Shown: positions 1 to 10,646, counted from the stretch's first letter. The stretch is 64,000 nt of DNA from Candidatus Marinacidobacterales bacterium (GCA_965226495.1 OZ245365.1:2368001-2432000); one strand, 5' to 3'. Numbers and translations: made by a program. The notes: generated by a model not told the origin, from the sequence alone.

Positions 1-844
1 GATCGCGCTCCCACACGAAACGCCTCACAGGAGCGGGGATTCCGCGCACTCCCGGCGCGGTGTCGGCATCTTCGAGTCTCTTTCTCGGATTCTTGACTTT
101 GCCGAGGCGCCTGGTCTCGAGTCGTTCGAGTTTCTCCGTCACGGACGCTCCGATCATGGAAGCGAGGTCGGCACCCGGCATGAGCGCCGCGAGCCGTTGG
201 AGCTTGTCGTGAAGCTCGGCGCTCGCGGTGAACTGCACTCGGTAGCGCGCAGGCGCCAGCGGTTCGACGAACGGCGGCTTGTCAGCCGTTTCGGGAGGCA
301 GGGCGGGCTCGGGTTCACGGGCTGGACTCTTTCCGGACGGTGTAGTTTCGGCGCCTAACGTAAGGTGCTCGCTTTCCGGCTTCTGTCGCTGCTTCGGGAG
401 CTTCCGGATGGAGGGCGAGACATCCGGCTTCGGCGCAATCTCCGCCACCAACACCAGGAGCTCACGCTTGGACTTGTGGGTTGCTCGAGCTAAGAGCTCC
501 TCGCAATGGGTGTCGGTAAGATGCGGCGCCAGCACCGCGATGCCGCTCAAGTGAAGACGGCCATCGTTGAGCATCGTCAGCAGCGCCGGATGTCGGCGCG
601 ACGCACGTGCGGCGGCTATCCGTAGGTAGGCTTCTGCCTCGGACAAGTGCAACACGTCGACGCAATACTGAAACATCGATGACGATGCTTCACGGGCATA
701 CAGTCGTCGAGCATCGACTTCGGCGATATGCGCAACGAGAACCGATTCGACACGCCGCGACTGTTTCAAAACCTTCGACAGTCGGCCAAGAAGCTCGTCA
801 TCCGATAGTCGGGAAAGCGATTTCAATTCGTCTTTTCTGTCCAT
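1..844 (-). CDS. HNH endonuclease-family protein (DUF222-like N-terminal region), running off the left edge
   Basis: Hand translation from ATG at 844: MDRKDELKSLSRLSDDELLGRL...LVAHIAEVDARRLY...SMFQYCVDVLHLSEAEAYLRI...YRVQFTASAELHDKLQRL...IPAPVRRFVWERD. Open to the window edge; paralogous to 42462-43550. Absent from the ORF track. Confidence 0.85.
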   Translation of the reverse strand, partial: MDRKDELKSLSRLSDDELLGRLSKVLKQSRRVESVLVAHIAEVDARRLYAREASSSMFQYCVDVLHLSEAEAYLRIAAARASRRHPALLTMLNDGRLHLSGIAVLAPHLTDTHCEELLARATHKSKRELLVLVAEIAPKPDVSPSIRKLPKQRQKPESEHLTLGAETTPSGKSPAREPEPALPPETADKPPFVEPLAPARYRVQFTASAELHDKLQRLAALMPGADLASMIGASVTEKLERLETRRLGKVKNPRKRLEDADTAPGVRGIPAPVRRFVWERD

Positions 845-852
845 ACGTCATT

Positions 853-870
853 TATAGCATGGACTTTTTC
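853..870 (-). promoter_or_regulatory. Conserved GAAAAA-N5-TGCTATA motif (extended -10-like) just upstream of the HNH gene
   Basis: Minus strand GAAAAAGTCCATGCTATA; 14/18 identical to 42442-42459 upstream of the second HNH gene. Confidence 0.55.
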
Positions 871-1262
871 GACGCCCCGTGCTCGCGCGTGTTGAACGCG
901 AATGCATCGAGGCACTTTCGAAGTCTATCTAGGCAAACGAGCGTGACTATCGTTTGTTTGTCGCACGTACAGGCTCACTCCAGATCGTCTCTGCGGTATT
1001 TTTCATATCGCCGCGAATAAGCTGTCAAGAAAAAAGTGAATTATTTTTCTCGGCGATCTTTAGCCTTGCAGAGCCGTGCACTCCATCTGGACCGAAGTTG
1101 CCATGGCGTGACCGGCTTACATTGCGGCTGCAGTAAACGCGCCGTGCGCGAGTGCGACGGGAGCCAATGGACGTTTGTGGATTCACACGCTACGAGCGCG
1201 ACCGACTTGAGTTCCACCACCGACAGCCCTTTGGACCACGGCGGCGACCACACCACGACTGT

Positions 1263-3860
1263 CTACTTTCTTTGGAGGCGAGTCAGCGGGACGTTCATCC
1301 GGCGGAGCAGATCTTCCAAACGTGGGTCGTCGCGCAACGGGCGGAACCAAGGATCGGTCCCGACCCAGGGAAGCATACTGTAGCGGAACTCGAACGCATC
1401 CTCCAGATGCCGGAACGCCTCATCCTTTTCCTCGAGGGCCGTGTAAACATGAGCTAGAGAGAAAGCATCCCCTGCGGTCGCGTCCTTCTGCATTTCCGCC
1501 AGTATCCTCCGCGCCTCGTTCCCCATGCCGGCCTGTGCGTAGGCGACCCCTAGTCCGTCTCGCAGGGGAGAAAAGATCCCGGTCGCTTTTTTGTGCGCCG
1601 CGATAGCCTCTTCATACATTCCTTTTCCTGCAAGGGCCAGCCCCAGAGTGTAGTGTCCTACCGGAAAATTCGGATTCATCTCTAGCGCCTTGCGGGCTTC
1701 CTCGAGGGCGTCATCGTATTGCCCCAGCGCCACATAATATCCTCCCAACCACGCGGTGAAGAGGGGCGATAGCGGATCGATCTCTTGGGCACGTTTCATT
1801 TCGGCGAGGGCGTCATCCCGGCGTCCCATCAGGTCGAGATACCAGCCATAGTGGTAGTGAGCCTCGGCCAAGCTTGGGTTGAGCTCCAGAGCACGCCGCA
1901 AGTCCCGTTCCGCACCTGGCCAGTCCCAATCGTAATAGAGCTTGACGTCTCCTAGGGCGAGGTAGGCTTCCGCCAGCGTGTCATCTAACTCCAGCGCCCT
2001 CAGAGCCGCTGCCTTGGCTCGTGGGAAGACCTCTTGTGGGATCGCTCCGGGCCCATGCCCCAAAATGGCGTAGCCGAGCGCGAGCCCGGCGTTGGCGAAC
2101 GGATCAGCGGGATCGTTTTCGACTGCCTCATGGAGATGACGGAGACCTTTTCGCATTCCTTCCGGTGTAGATTCGTGCAAGTAAAACATTCCTCTGAGAT
2201 AGGCTTGGTAGGATTCTGGGTTGACGGCGCGCTCAGTCGAAAGGCGGGCCTCTTCTTCGGGCGTTAGGGCTATTTCTATTCTGCGAGCGATCGATCGCGC
2301 TACATCGTTTTGGGCTACCAGCAGATTGCTGAGATTGCGCTGGTAGGCTTGCGACCAGAGTTGCTCTCCGCTGGCCGCATCGATCAGCCTCACCGTGATC
2401 CCCGCCTGCTGCCCGACGAGTTGGGCCGACCCTTCCACCACCGCTTCCACGCTCAACTGCCGTGCAATCTCCGCCAGGGGCGTATCCGTTCCCTTAAATC
2501 GCATCACCGAAGTCCGCGAAATCACCCTTAGCGCCCCGATCTTGCCCAAGTTCGTGATGAGTGCCTCAGTCATCCCGTCGGAAAAATACTCCTGCTCCGG
2601 ATCCCCCGAGACGTTCCTTAAAGGTAGAACCGCGACCGACTGAATTCCGCCAGGTCCGCCCAGAAGTCGGTCTCGAATCTCTCCCAGATTCAAAGCCACC
2701 ACGCCGAAAAGTGCAGCAAGAAAACCCACCATCGCAATCATCGCAGTCCGTCGCAGCCAGACGACGGTCAGCGCGCCGCCGACAGAATCCCGTACTTGCT
2801 CCAGCTCCTTCGCTAACTCATCCGTCGAGGCGTAGCGACCTTCGGGTTCCTTCACCAAACACCGCTCGACCGTGCGTCGAAAACTCCCCGGGAGGCTCGG
2901 ATCGAGTGGCGTCATGGGTTCGGCTTTGCCCTCGATGATAGCGGCCAGCGTTCCGGCGGCGGTGTCTCGCTTAAACGCCACCTTGCCCGTTGCCATTTCA
3001 TACAGAATCAATCCCAAGGAAAACTGATCCGAGCGATGATCCACGGACCGGCCGCTCGCTTGTTCCGGGGACATGTATTGCACCGTTCCTAGAATCGTGC
3101 CTATTTGCGTTCCCACCTTGGCCTTCGTCTCGGTCTCGGATTGGATTTCCACCGGCGGACCGGTCAGCTTGGCGAGACCAAAGTCCAGAATTTTCACAAG
3201 CCCATCGTCGGTAACCATCAGGTTCTCTGGCTTGAGATCTCGGTGCACGATCCGCGCGGCGTGCGCCTTAGCCAATCCTTCGCCAATCTGGGTGGCGATC
3301 TGTAGCAGCTTCTTGGTGGGTAGGGGAGCCTCGGCCAGAATGTCCCTCAAGGTTTCACCCTCCACATGCTCCATCGCAATGAAGGGCGTCCCTTCGTACT
3401 CTCCGATTTCGTAGATGGTAACAATGTTCGGATGGTTGAGGGCGGATGCGGAGCGCGCTTCTTGCTCGAAGCGTCTCAGCCGGTCCGGATCTGAAGTCCA
3501 CTTCTGCCGCAAGACTTTGATGGCGACATCACGGCCTAGCGTCTCGTCTCTTGCTTGGTACACTTCTCCCATTCCGCCGTGGCCCCTCTTCGCGAGGATC
3601 TTGTAATGCGAGAGAGTTTGCCCAACGAGCTGGGGTCCTTTTCCGATATCCGATGGGTGTTCTCCCAATCCGCTCGCGGGGGGTCCCTCGAGAAAGCTCT
3701 CCGCCGGTTTCCGGTAGGCGAGAAGCGAGTCGACCTCTTTTCTTAGCTCCGAAGAATCGTCGGCGCAGGCTTTATCCAGGTAGTCGTCCCTCTTGTCGGG
3801 TGGCAGCTCCAACGCGGCTTCCAGAATCGTTCGGACCTGCTGCCACCGCTCCGGCTTCAC
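1263..3860 (-). CDS. Membrane Ser/Thr protein kinase with TolB-like N-domain (SVAVLPL) and TPR repeats
   Basis: GHGGMGEVY, VAIK, HRDLKPEN, DFGLAK, YMSPEQ motifs, a TM segment, then TPRs. Start placed at GTG 3860 (MKPERWQQ) by alignment to paralog MKPDRWQR and a GTGA overlap with the upstream mini-ORF. Confidence 0.92.
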   Translation of the reverse strand: MKPERWQQVRTILEAALELPPDKRDDYLDKACADDSSELRKEVDSLLAYRKPAESFLEGPPASGLGEHPSDIGKGPQLVGQTLSHYKILAKRGHGGMGEVYQARDETLGRDVAIKVLRQKWTSDPDRLRRFEQEARSASALNHPNIVTIYEIGEYEGTPFIAMEHVEGETLRDILAEAPLPTKKLLQIATQIGEGLAKAHAARIVHRDLKPENLMVTDDGLVKILDFGLAKLTGPPVEIQSETETKAKVGTQIGTILGTVQYMSPEQASGRSVDHRSDQFSLGLILYEMATGKVAFKRDTAAGTLAAIIEGKAEPMTPLDPSLPGSFRRTVERCLVKEPEGRYASTDELAKELEQVRDSVGGALTVVWLRRTAMIAMVGFLAALFGVVALNLGEIRDRLLGGPGGIQSVAVLPLRNVSGDPEQEYFSDGMTEALITNLGKIGALRVISRTSVMRFKGTDTPLAEIARQLSVEAVVEGSAQLVGQQAGITVRLIDAASGEQLWSQAYQRNLSNLLVAQNDVARSIARRIEIALTPEEEARLSTERAVNPESYQAYLRGMFYLHESTPEGMRKGLRHLHEAVENDPADPFANAGLALGYAILGHGPGAIPQEVFPRAKAAALRALELDDTLAEAYLALGDVKLYYDWDWPGAERDLRRALELNPSLAEAHYHYGWYLDLMGRRDDALAEMKRAQEIDPLSPLFTAWLGGYYVALGQYDDALEEARKALEMNPNFPVGHYTLGLALAGKGMYEEAIAAHKKATGIFSPLRDGLGVAYAQAGMGNEARRILAEMQKDATAGDAFSLAHVYTALEEKDEAFRHLEDAFEFRYSMLPWVGTDPWFRPLRDDPRLEDLLRRMNVPLTRLQRK

Positions 3861-3919
3861 GGTGTCTGGCTCCAATTGGTGAGCAACTGGGTTACGTCGT
3901 GAGGCGGGGGTGTAGTCAT
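3857..3919 (-). pseudogene. 20-codon remnant of an ECF sigma factor (MTTPPPHDVTQLLTNWSQTP)
   Basis: GTAACCCAGTTGCTCACCAATTGGAGC matches the intact ECF 5' end GTAACCCAGTTGCTCATCGATTGGAGC. Its TGA overlaps the kinase start, as in the intact ECF-kinase pair. Confidence 0.75.
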
Positions 3920-3923
3920 GCGT

Positions 3924-6529
3924 CTACTCGGGGAAGTTCATGCGCCGCAGCAGGTCTTGGAAGCGAGGGTCGGAGCGCAGTGGGTTCCAATACGGGTATG
4001 CCTTAATCATCGTGAAGCCACCGCCGCTGTGTGCTACGGTAAACGCTGTCTCCAGCCATGCAAGGGCTTGCTCCCGCTCGCCCAAGCCGACGTAGATGAG
4101 CGCGATCGTTATGGGCGCCCACTCTTGGCGACTTTCGTTCCAGCGCGCCTTCCATAGCTCAATCGTCTCGCTAGCTTTCTCGGTGTCGCCAGCTTTCGCG
4201 TACGCATAGCCGAGCCAAACACTCCAACTTTCGTCCGAGGTACCGGACTTGATTTCAGCAATGGCCTGCTCGTATTGCCCCGTTTCCGCGTAGGCGAGGC
4301 CGAGCATGCTATGCGCGGGTCGAAAATCTGGGTCTAACTCAAGCGTCATGCGGTAGACGTCGATGGCGTCGTCATAGCGCTGAGCGAAGTAGTACGCTCG
4401 TCCCAAATCGACGTTCATACGGAGCGAAAGCGGATCTAGCAGCAGGGCTATGCGCATCGCCGCGATGCCTTCTTCTTGTCGGCCCATAGCCGCCAAGAAG
4501 CTAGCGTACCGGTGGTGGGCCATCGCGTAGTTGGGCTTCAGCTCATCGCTCTCAGCAGCTCCCTTTCTCCGCTCAGATAGTCACGCTCGTACTCCCAGAG
4601 CACTGCACCCAAGGAGACATGTGCTTCCGCCAGGGTCTCGTCTAGCTCCAGCGCCTTCAGAGCGACGGCTTTGGCTTGGGGCTTCACCTCGTCACTCGGG
4701 CGTTCTCCATAATTGCCGAGGAGGATATAGGTGTCGGCCAGCGCGACATAACCAAGGGCGTATTGTGGGTCCACTCTAACGGTGTACTCAAAATGCTCAA
4801 CCGCTGACTTTAGCCCCTCGGGGGACCTCTTTTCGAAGAAATACCGGCCCTTGAGATAGGCCTGGTAAGCCTCGGGGTTGACCGGGCGTGCGCCGGTCAG
4901 CTGCTTCAACTCAGCCGGCGTCAACCGGATTTGAATCGCCTGAGCGATGGCCTGGGTCACCTCGCCTTGTACGGAAAAAATGTCCCGGACGTCGCGTTCA
5001 TAATCGTCCGCCCATAGTTTCCGCTCCGTTTCCGCCTCGATGAGCTGCGCCGTGATCTGCACCCGGTCTCCCGCCAGCAGAATCGAGCCCTCCAACACCG
5101 CATCCACATTCAGCTCACGGGCAATCTCCGGCAGAGTCTTCCCCGTGCCTTTGTACCGCATCGCCGAGGTTCTCGAGATCACTTTCAGTGCTCCGATCTG
5201 CGCCAGGTCAGAAATCAGCGCCTCGGTTATCCCGTCGGAAAAATACTCCTGCTCCGGATCGCCGGAAACGTTCTTCAGTGGCAAAACCGCGACCGATCGA
5301 ATCCCACTCACCCCGCCCAGATTCCGGTCTCGAATTTCGCCGACGTTCAAACCGACCACGGCAAGAAGCGTTGCAAGTAAACCGCCCATGGCGATCATCG
5401 CGCTGCGTCGCAGCCATAACCCAGGCGCCATCCCGCTGAGACCATCCCGGACCTGCTCCAGCTGCTTCGCTACGTCATCCGTTGAGGCGTAGCGACCTTC
5501 GGGCTCCTTCACTAGGCACCGCGCGACCGTACGCCGGAAACTCCCTGGGAGACTTGGATCGAGCCGCGTCATCGGTTCGGCTTTCCGCTCGATAATGGCA
5601 GCCAGCGTCGCGGCTGCCGTGTCCCGCTTGAACGGCGGTTTTCCGGTCGCCATTTCGTACAGAATCAATCCCAAGGAAAACTGATCGGAGCGATAATCCA
5701 CGGAACGTCCGCTCGCCTGCTCCGGGGACATGTACTTCACCGTTCCTAGAATCATGCCCGCCTGCGTGTCCACCTTGATCTCCGTCTCGGATTGGATTTC
5801 CACCAGCGGACCCGTCAGCTTGGCCAGCCCGAAGTCCAGAATTTTCACCAACCCGTCGCTCGTCACCATCAGGTTCTCGGGCTTGAGATCCCGATGCACG
5901 ATCCCCGCGGCGTGAGCCTTAGCCAAGCCCTCGGCAATTTGGGTGGCGATTGGCAGAAGCTTCTTGGTGGGCAGGGGAGCGCCGCCGAGAATGTCCCTCA
6001 GCGTCTTGCCCTCCACGTGCTCCATCGCGATGAAGGGCGTGCCTTCGTACTCTCCGATTTCGTAGATAGTAATGATATTCGGATGGTTGAGAGCGGATGC
6101 CGATCGGGCTTCTTGCTCGAATCGCCTCAGCCCGTCCGGGTCTGAAGTCCACTTTTGCCGCAAGACTTTGATGGCGACATCACGGCCCAGCGCTTGGTCT
6201 CTTGCTAGGTACACTTCCCCCATGCCGCCACGGCCCTTCTTCGCTAGGATTTTGTAATGCGAGAGAACTCGTCCAACGAGCTCGGGTTCTTCCCCGACGT
6301 CGGATGTCGCTGACCCTGAGGGGCCCCTAGGATCTCGCAGTCCGCTAGCGGGGGGCCCTTCGAGAAAGCTCTCCGCCGCTTCCCGGTAGGCGAGAAGCGA
6401 GTCGACTTCTTCCCTAAGTTCCGGGTCGCCGGCACAAGCTTTCTCCAGGTAGTGGCTCCTCTTGTTAGGTGGCAGCTCCAACGCGTCTTCCAGAATTGTT
6501 CTGACCCGCTGCCATCGGTCCGGCTTCAT
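3924..6529 (-). pseudogene. Ser/Thr kinase-TolB-TPR paralog with a single-base frameshift near 4545 (or a sequencing error)
   Basis: ORFs 4538-6583 and 3924-4523 join if one base is restored in GCG AT- GAG CTG AAG CCC AAC (RA[I]ELKPNYAMAHHRY, a typical TPR). ATG 6529 overlaps the ECF stop (ATGA). Confidence 0.85.
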
Positions 6530-7107
6530 CGCGTCGGACTCCCTTCGATCTCGCGGCGCAGCCAGATCTTGGCCGTAAGCCATCCCCGTTTGACCGTGGC
6601 GGGCGAAATATCAAGGACCTCCGCCGTCTCCGGGATAGTCAACCCCCCAAAAAATTTCAACTCGACCAGTCGGCTCAGCGTGGAGTCTCTGTCGGAGAGG
6701 CGATTCAAAGCTTCGTCGAGAGCCACCAGATCCAATCCCTTCTGATCATTGACGACTCCAATCGCTTCGTTAAACACGACGGTGCTCTCGCCGCCGCCGC
6801 GCTTCTGCGCCCGTTTACGACGAGCGTTGTCGACCAGGATGTTGCGCATGGTCTGCGCAGCAATGCCAAAAAAATGAGCCCGATTCTGCCAGCCGATCTG
6901 TTTCTGATCGATCAGCCGAATAAACGCTTCATTGATCAGGGCGGTGGTTTGCAAAGAGTGTCCGGCAGGCTGTCGTCTCAGGAATCCATGAGCCAGTCGT
7001 CGCAGCTCCGCATAAACGAGGGGAATCAGCTTGTCGAGTGCGTCACGGTTCCCGTTGCTCCAATCGATGAGCAACTGGGTTACTTCGTTTGACGAAGCTT
7101 CTGTCAT
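6526..7107 (-). CDS. ECF sigma factor, TIGR02999/ECF43-like (kinase-associated)
   Basis: EVTQLLIDW, LVYAELRRLA, HSLQTTALINEAFIRL (QTT where most ECFs have DAED), WQNRAHFF, RAQKRGG, VELKFFGGLT..ETAEVLDISPATVKR; coupled to the kinase gene. Confidence 0.92.
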   Translation of the reverse strand: MTEASSNEVTQLLIDWSNGNRDALDKLIPLVYAELRRLAHGFLRRQPAGHSLQTTALINEAFIRLIDQKQIGWQNRAHFFGIAAQTMRNILVDNARRKRAQKRGGGESTVVFNEAIGVVNDQKGLDLVALDEALNRLSDRDSTLSRLVELKFFGGLTIPETAEVLDISPATVKRGWLTAKIWLRREIEGSPTR

Positions 7108-7160
7108 GGCGTACTCACGGGAGCTCCGGGCGCTCCCGGACAGGCGGGTCAGGGACGATG

Positions 7161-7189
7161 AAAATATCACCTGGGTTCAATAGAATCAA
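7161..7189 (-). promoter_or_regulatory. Putative sigma70 promoter for the ECF-kinase operon
   Basis: Minus strand TTGATT-N17-TATTTT with TG extension. Confidence 0.4.
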
Positions 7190-7226
7190 ACCCTTCCAAC
7201 TCATCCGCGACAAACTTTGACCGGGC

Positions 7227-7282
7227 GTGAGCCGATCCGGCGTTCGAATACGAATTAGTTCAATAGAGGAGCGGACGCTCGG
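7227..7282 (+). repeat. 56-bp upstream motif, copy 1 (candidate ECF promoter)
   Basis: GTGAGCCGATCCGGCGTTCGAATACGAATTAGTTCAATAGAGGAGCGGACGCTCGG; 4-5 mismatches to the copies at 10647 and 14928. Confidence 0.9.
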
Positions 7283-7394
7283 GGTAAGAGCGGGCTAAAT
7301 GGGAATGGTGTTCTGGTCCACGAAGGCCTGACGAGTCTCCGCGCCTTATCCTAGCCAACCTGCCGACGCGGACCGACGAAGCAGGGAGGGTTTC

Positions 7395-10300
7395 GTGAAA
7401 AGCAGAGGAAAGATATCCGCGCGTCCTCTCCAAGGCACGAGTGGGCGAAAGTGCCGGCGCTTAGGCCGACGGGCGCGAGCCAGCACCATCCCAGTTCTGG
7501 CGGCGCTTGTTTTCTCCATGCTCGTTCCGAGGGTTGGCGAGGCCGCCTTCACCAAAGATCGGATGAGCAAGACCCCGATCACCGCGGGGCTTCGCACCAG
7601 CTTCTCGCTGCATGACGGCCAGGTGTTGGGTTGGGGCCTTGATCTGGTGGGCAGCATGGGTACCGGCCTTCCACCACAGTCCAACCGGCCCCTGCCGACT
7701 CCAGTCGCAGGACTCGACAGCGTGGTGGCCATATCGACGACTTACTTGCACACCCTTGCCCTCAAGGACGACGGGACGGTGTGGGCCTGGGGCTTCAATC
7801 AAACCGGGCAGTTGGGCACGGGCGACACCTCGTCCAGCGACGTCCCGATCCAGGTACTAGGACTCCCTCCGATCAAAGCCGTCGCCGCAGGGAAGGCGCA
7901 CAGCCTAGCCGTGGACGAGGCCGGGGCCGTCTGGGCATGGGGATGCAACGCCTTCGGTGAGCTGGGCCTCGGCACGTCGGGCGGGGGGTTCGTCACCTTT
8001 ACGACGACTCCGGCAAAGATCCCGACGCTTTCCAACATCACGGAGGTCGCCGCCGGATGGTTTCACAGCCTGGCTGTCGACGACTCGGGGCAAGTCTGGG
8101 CGTGGGGCCGGAATGGTTTCGGGCAGATCGGGATCGGCACCTTCTCGTTCGACGAGCCCGTTCCCAAGCTAGCGACCGGGCTCAGCGGAATCGTCCAGGT
8201 GCGTGCAGGGAAAAGCCACAGCCTGGCGCTCGACGACTCTTGGCAAGTCTGGGCATTCGGCCGCGATATTTTGGGCCAATTGGGAGAGGGGTCGACGTGG
8301 ATCGATCGAAACACTCCGACCCTCCTGCCAACGCTTCCGCCCATCGTCTCGATCGCCGCCGGGGAAGACCACAACCTCGCGGCCGATGTCGACGGCAGGG
8401 TATGGGCCTGGGGCGACGATTCGTCGGGCCAGCTCGGCGACGGGGGAGGGCCGAACCGGTTCACGCCGATCGAGGTTACGGGGTTGCGGGACGTGATCGT
8501 CGACGTCGCCGCCGGGTCCGATCACAGCCACGCCGTGAGCATCCATGGAGTGGACTACGGTTGGGGGGACAATTTCCACGGCCAGGTCGGAAACGGCACC
8601 GCCAGTCTGAACCACATTCCGTTTTTCCCGACCAAGGCCGTCTTCCACTTCCCCTACCAAGTTCTCGTGGTGATGCTGACTGCCGCGCCGGTCACGGACA
8701 TTTCCGGGATCGAAGGCGATATGTCTCGGTTGGCGGAGGACATCGGGCGGTTGTCATTCGGCAAGGTTTTGATGGAGTTCGATTACGCGGGCCCCTTCGT
8801 CGCCGACCCGATTGCCGACATCGGTTGTAACCGGGACAGCGGCGACTCGGCGCTAACGAAGCAGTACACGGTCGAGCGCGCCTTCGTAGAAGGCTTCGAA
8901 GTAGAAAAGTATGCACATATCTACATTCGGTGGCACCAGAATCTGAGTCCCCCGTGCCGGGCCGGTCAGAATGGCAGTATCCCTTCGATCGACTACAGCG
9001 GAGGTACGTTGATTGGTACCGGCATCTCCGTTGCATCGGGGATCGACTTTCGCAGCACTAAGAACCGTCACGTTTTGGCACACGAGTTCCTGCACGGTTA
9101 CGGCTCGGGTCCTCCGGGCGCCGTGGTGCCCGAAGTCGCCGGGCTGTCTTGCTTCCCCGGTCCCGCCTTTGAGTTCTCGAGTTCTACCGCCGGCAGCTCG
9201 GGCCATCCGTGCACGGGTCTCCGTTTTCTCGCCCCCATGGATGTCTTAACCGATGGCGCGACCCAGGCGTCAAACACCGACGCCGCACCGAACCTGAACG
9301 GCGTCCTCAAGAACTGGTTTCGATGGGTGTCTCCGGCGGACACGGCGTTTGTGGAAACCGGCGGGATCTTCGACTTATATCCACTCGATGATGACGCCTT
9401 GCAGGAAGAGACTTACGTGATCCGGATGCCGGTGACCGGGACGGTGCCGGCCGGGAGAATCCAAGAATACGTCTTGGAATACAGGAAGCAGGCCCGGGTG
9501 GGACTCCCGCCCGACAACGCTATTCGAGCCGGTGTGTATCTCTTCCTAAGTCAGTCCTTCCCAGACCGCGTACCCAAGTCTCTCGTTCTAAGGACGCAGG
9601 ACGATCTAACCACCGTGGATTCGATCACGCCCCTTTCGACGATCGTGCCGACCATCGTGGATCCGAGCGGCCTGTTGGTGGAGGTCGTGGAGATCAACCC
9701 CGATTTCGCCAGGGTCTGCATCGGGTTTTCGTCCTTCTGCGATTCGGATAACGATGGGATCGCGAGCGTTATTGATACCGAGCCGAACGTCTTCTCCGAC
9801 GATTTTGACGACGGAACGACTACGGGGACCATCACAAGTCGGGGCGATCAGGTACTTTCCCTAACCGATTCCACAGAACCTTCTCCCGACGACGGGGTCC
9901 GAGTCGCAGCGGATCCCTCGGGCGGATCCACCGCGGCGATGATCAGCGCCTGCGGGGGAGCCGCTCAGTACACCGTGAATGCCGGGGAGAACGTCTTCAT
10001 CGCGACGTGCGGTAGCGTCACCACGACGGTGATCGAGGGCATCGTCGCCGTCGGGCTTTTGGCCGATGACGGCACGAGCTCTGCCACGGCGAGCCTGAGC
10101 AGTGGCACCACGCTCGTCTTCGATCCGGAGACCTTTACGATGTCCGCACCGCCAACGAATCTCGGTATCGCATCGGTCGTGATCCTCGGACAGCAATACC
10201 TGCTGGCTCCCGGTGCAGCAGTGAGGGGAGTGGATATCGATATCAAGCCCGGCAGCGATCCCAACTGTTTCACCAGTGATGGTCACGGCAGTATTCCGAT

Positions 10301-10568
10301 CGCTATTTTGAGCAGTGTCGACTTCGACGCTAGGGAAGTTGACCCGTCGACGGTTAATCTGGATGGACAAGACGTCCGAGTCGTAGGGAAGGGCAACATG
10401 CAAGCACACATCGAGGATGTAAACAATGATGGGCTTGACGACCTACTGGTTCAAATAGAAGACCTGGACGGGACCTTTCAAGAGGGAGATTCAACCGCAA
10501 CGGTCACCGGCGAACTGTTCGATGGCACACTTATCCAGGGGACCGATTCTATCTGTATCGTTCCGTAG
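7395..10568 (+). CDS. Secreted RCC1-repeat protein with zinc metallopeptidase motif and C-terminal DIKPG domain
   Basis: Hydrophobic signal-like segment; about 7 RCC1 repeats (AG..HSLA....VWAWG.N..GQLG); VLAHEFLHGYG; C-terminal DIDIKPGSDPN...GTDSICIVP. Start codon uncertain. Confidence 0.85.
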   Translation: MKSRGKISARPLQGTSGRKCRRLGRRARASTIPVLAALVFSMLVPRVGEAAFTKDRMSKTPITAGLRTSFSLHDGQVLGWGLDLVGSMGTGLPPQSNRPLPTPVAGLDSVVAISTTYLHTLALKDDGTVWAWGFNQTGQLGTGDTSSSDVPIQVLGLPPIKAVAAGKAHSLAVDEAGAVWAWGCNAFGELGLGTSGGGFVTFTTTPAKIPTLSNITEVAAGWFHSLAVDDSGQVWAWGRNGFGQIGIGTFSFDEPVPKLATGLSGIVQVRAGKSHSLALDDSWQVWAFGRDILGQLGEGSTWIDRNTPTLLPTLPPIVSIAAGEDHNLAADVDGRVWAWGDDSSGQLGDGGGPNRFTPIEVTGLRDVIVDVAAGSDHSHAVSIHGVDYGWGDNFHGQVGNGTASLNHIPFFPTKAVFHFPYQVLVVMLTAAPVTDISGIEGDMSRLAEDIGRLSFGKVLMEFDYAGPFVADPIADIGCNRDSGDSALTKQYTVERAFVEGFEVEKYAHIYIRWHQNLSPPCRAGQNGSIPSIDYSGGTLIGTGISVASGIDFRSTKNRHVLAHEFLHGYGSGPPGAVVPEVAGLSCFPGPAFEFSSSTAGSSGHPCTGLRFLAPMDVLTDGATQASNTDAAPNLNGVLKNWFRWVSPADTAFVETGGIFDLYPLDDDALQEETYVIRMPVTGTVPAGRIQEYVLEYRKQARVGLPPDNAIRAGVYLFLSQSFPDRVPKSLVLRTQDDLTTVDSITPLSTIVPTIVDPSGLLVEVVEINPDFARVCIGFSSFCDSDNDGIASVIDTEPNVFSDDFDDGTTTGTITSRGDQVLSLTDSTEPSPDDGVRVAADPSGGSTAAMISACGGAAQYTVNAGENVFIATCGSVTTTVIEGIVAVGLLADDGTSSATASLSSGTTLVFDPETFTMSAPPTNLGIASVVILGQQYLLAPGAAVRGVDIDIKPGSDPNCFTSDGHGSIPIAILSSVDFDAREVDPSTVNLDGQDVRVVGKGNMQAHIEDVNNDGLDDLLVQIEDLDGTFQEGDSTATVTGELFDGTLIQGTDSICIVP

Positions 10569-10646
10569 GGTACCGGACTGATGACGGAGCGGTCCACGCC
10601 TGCCTGAAGGAGCATCACGGCCCTGGTGTGACGAAGCAGGTGAAGT

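Noticed and set aside
279-1457. Short plus-strand ORFs in the track
   Set aside because: They overlap the minus-strand HNH gene, the intergenic region or the kinase end, and have no motifs.
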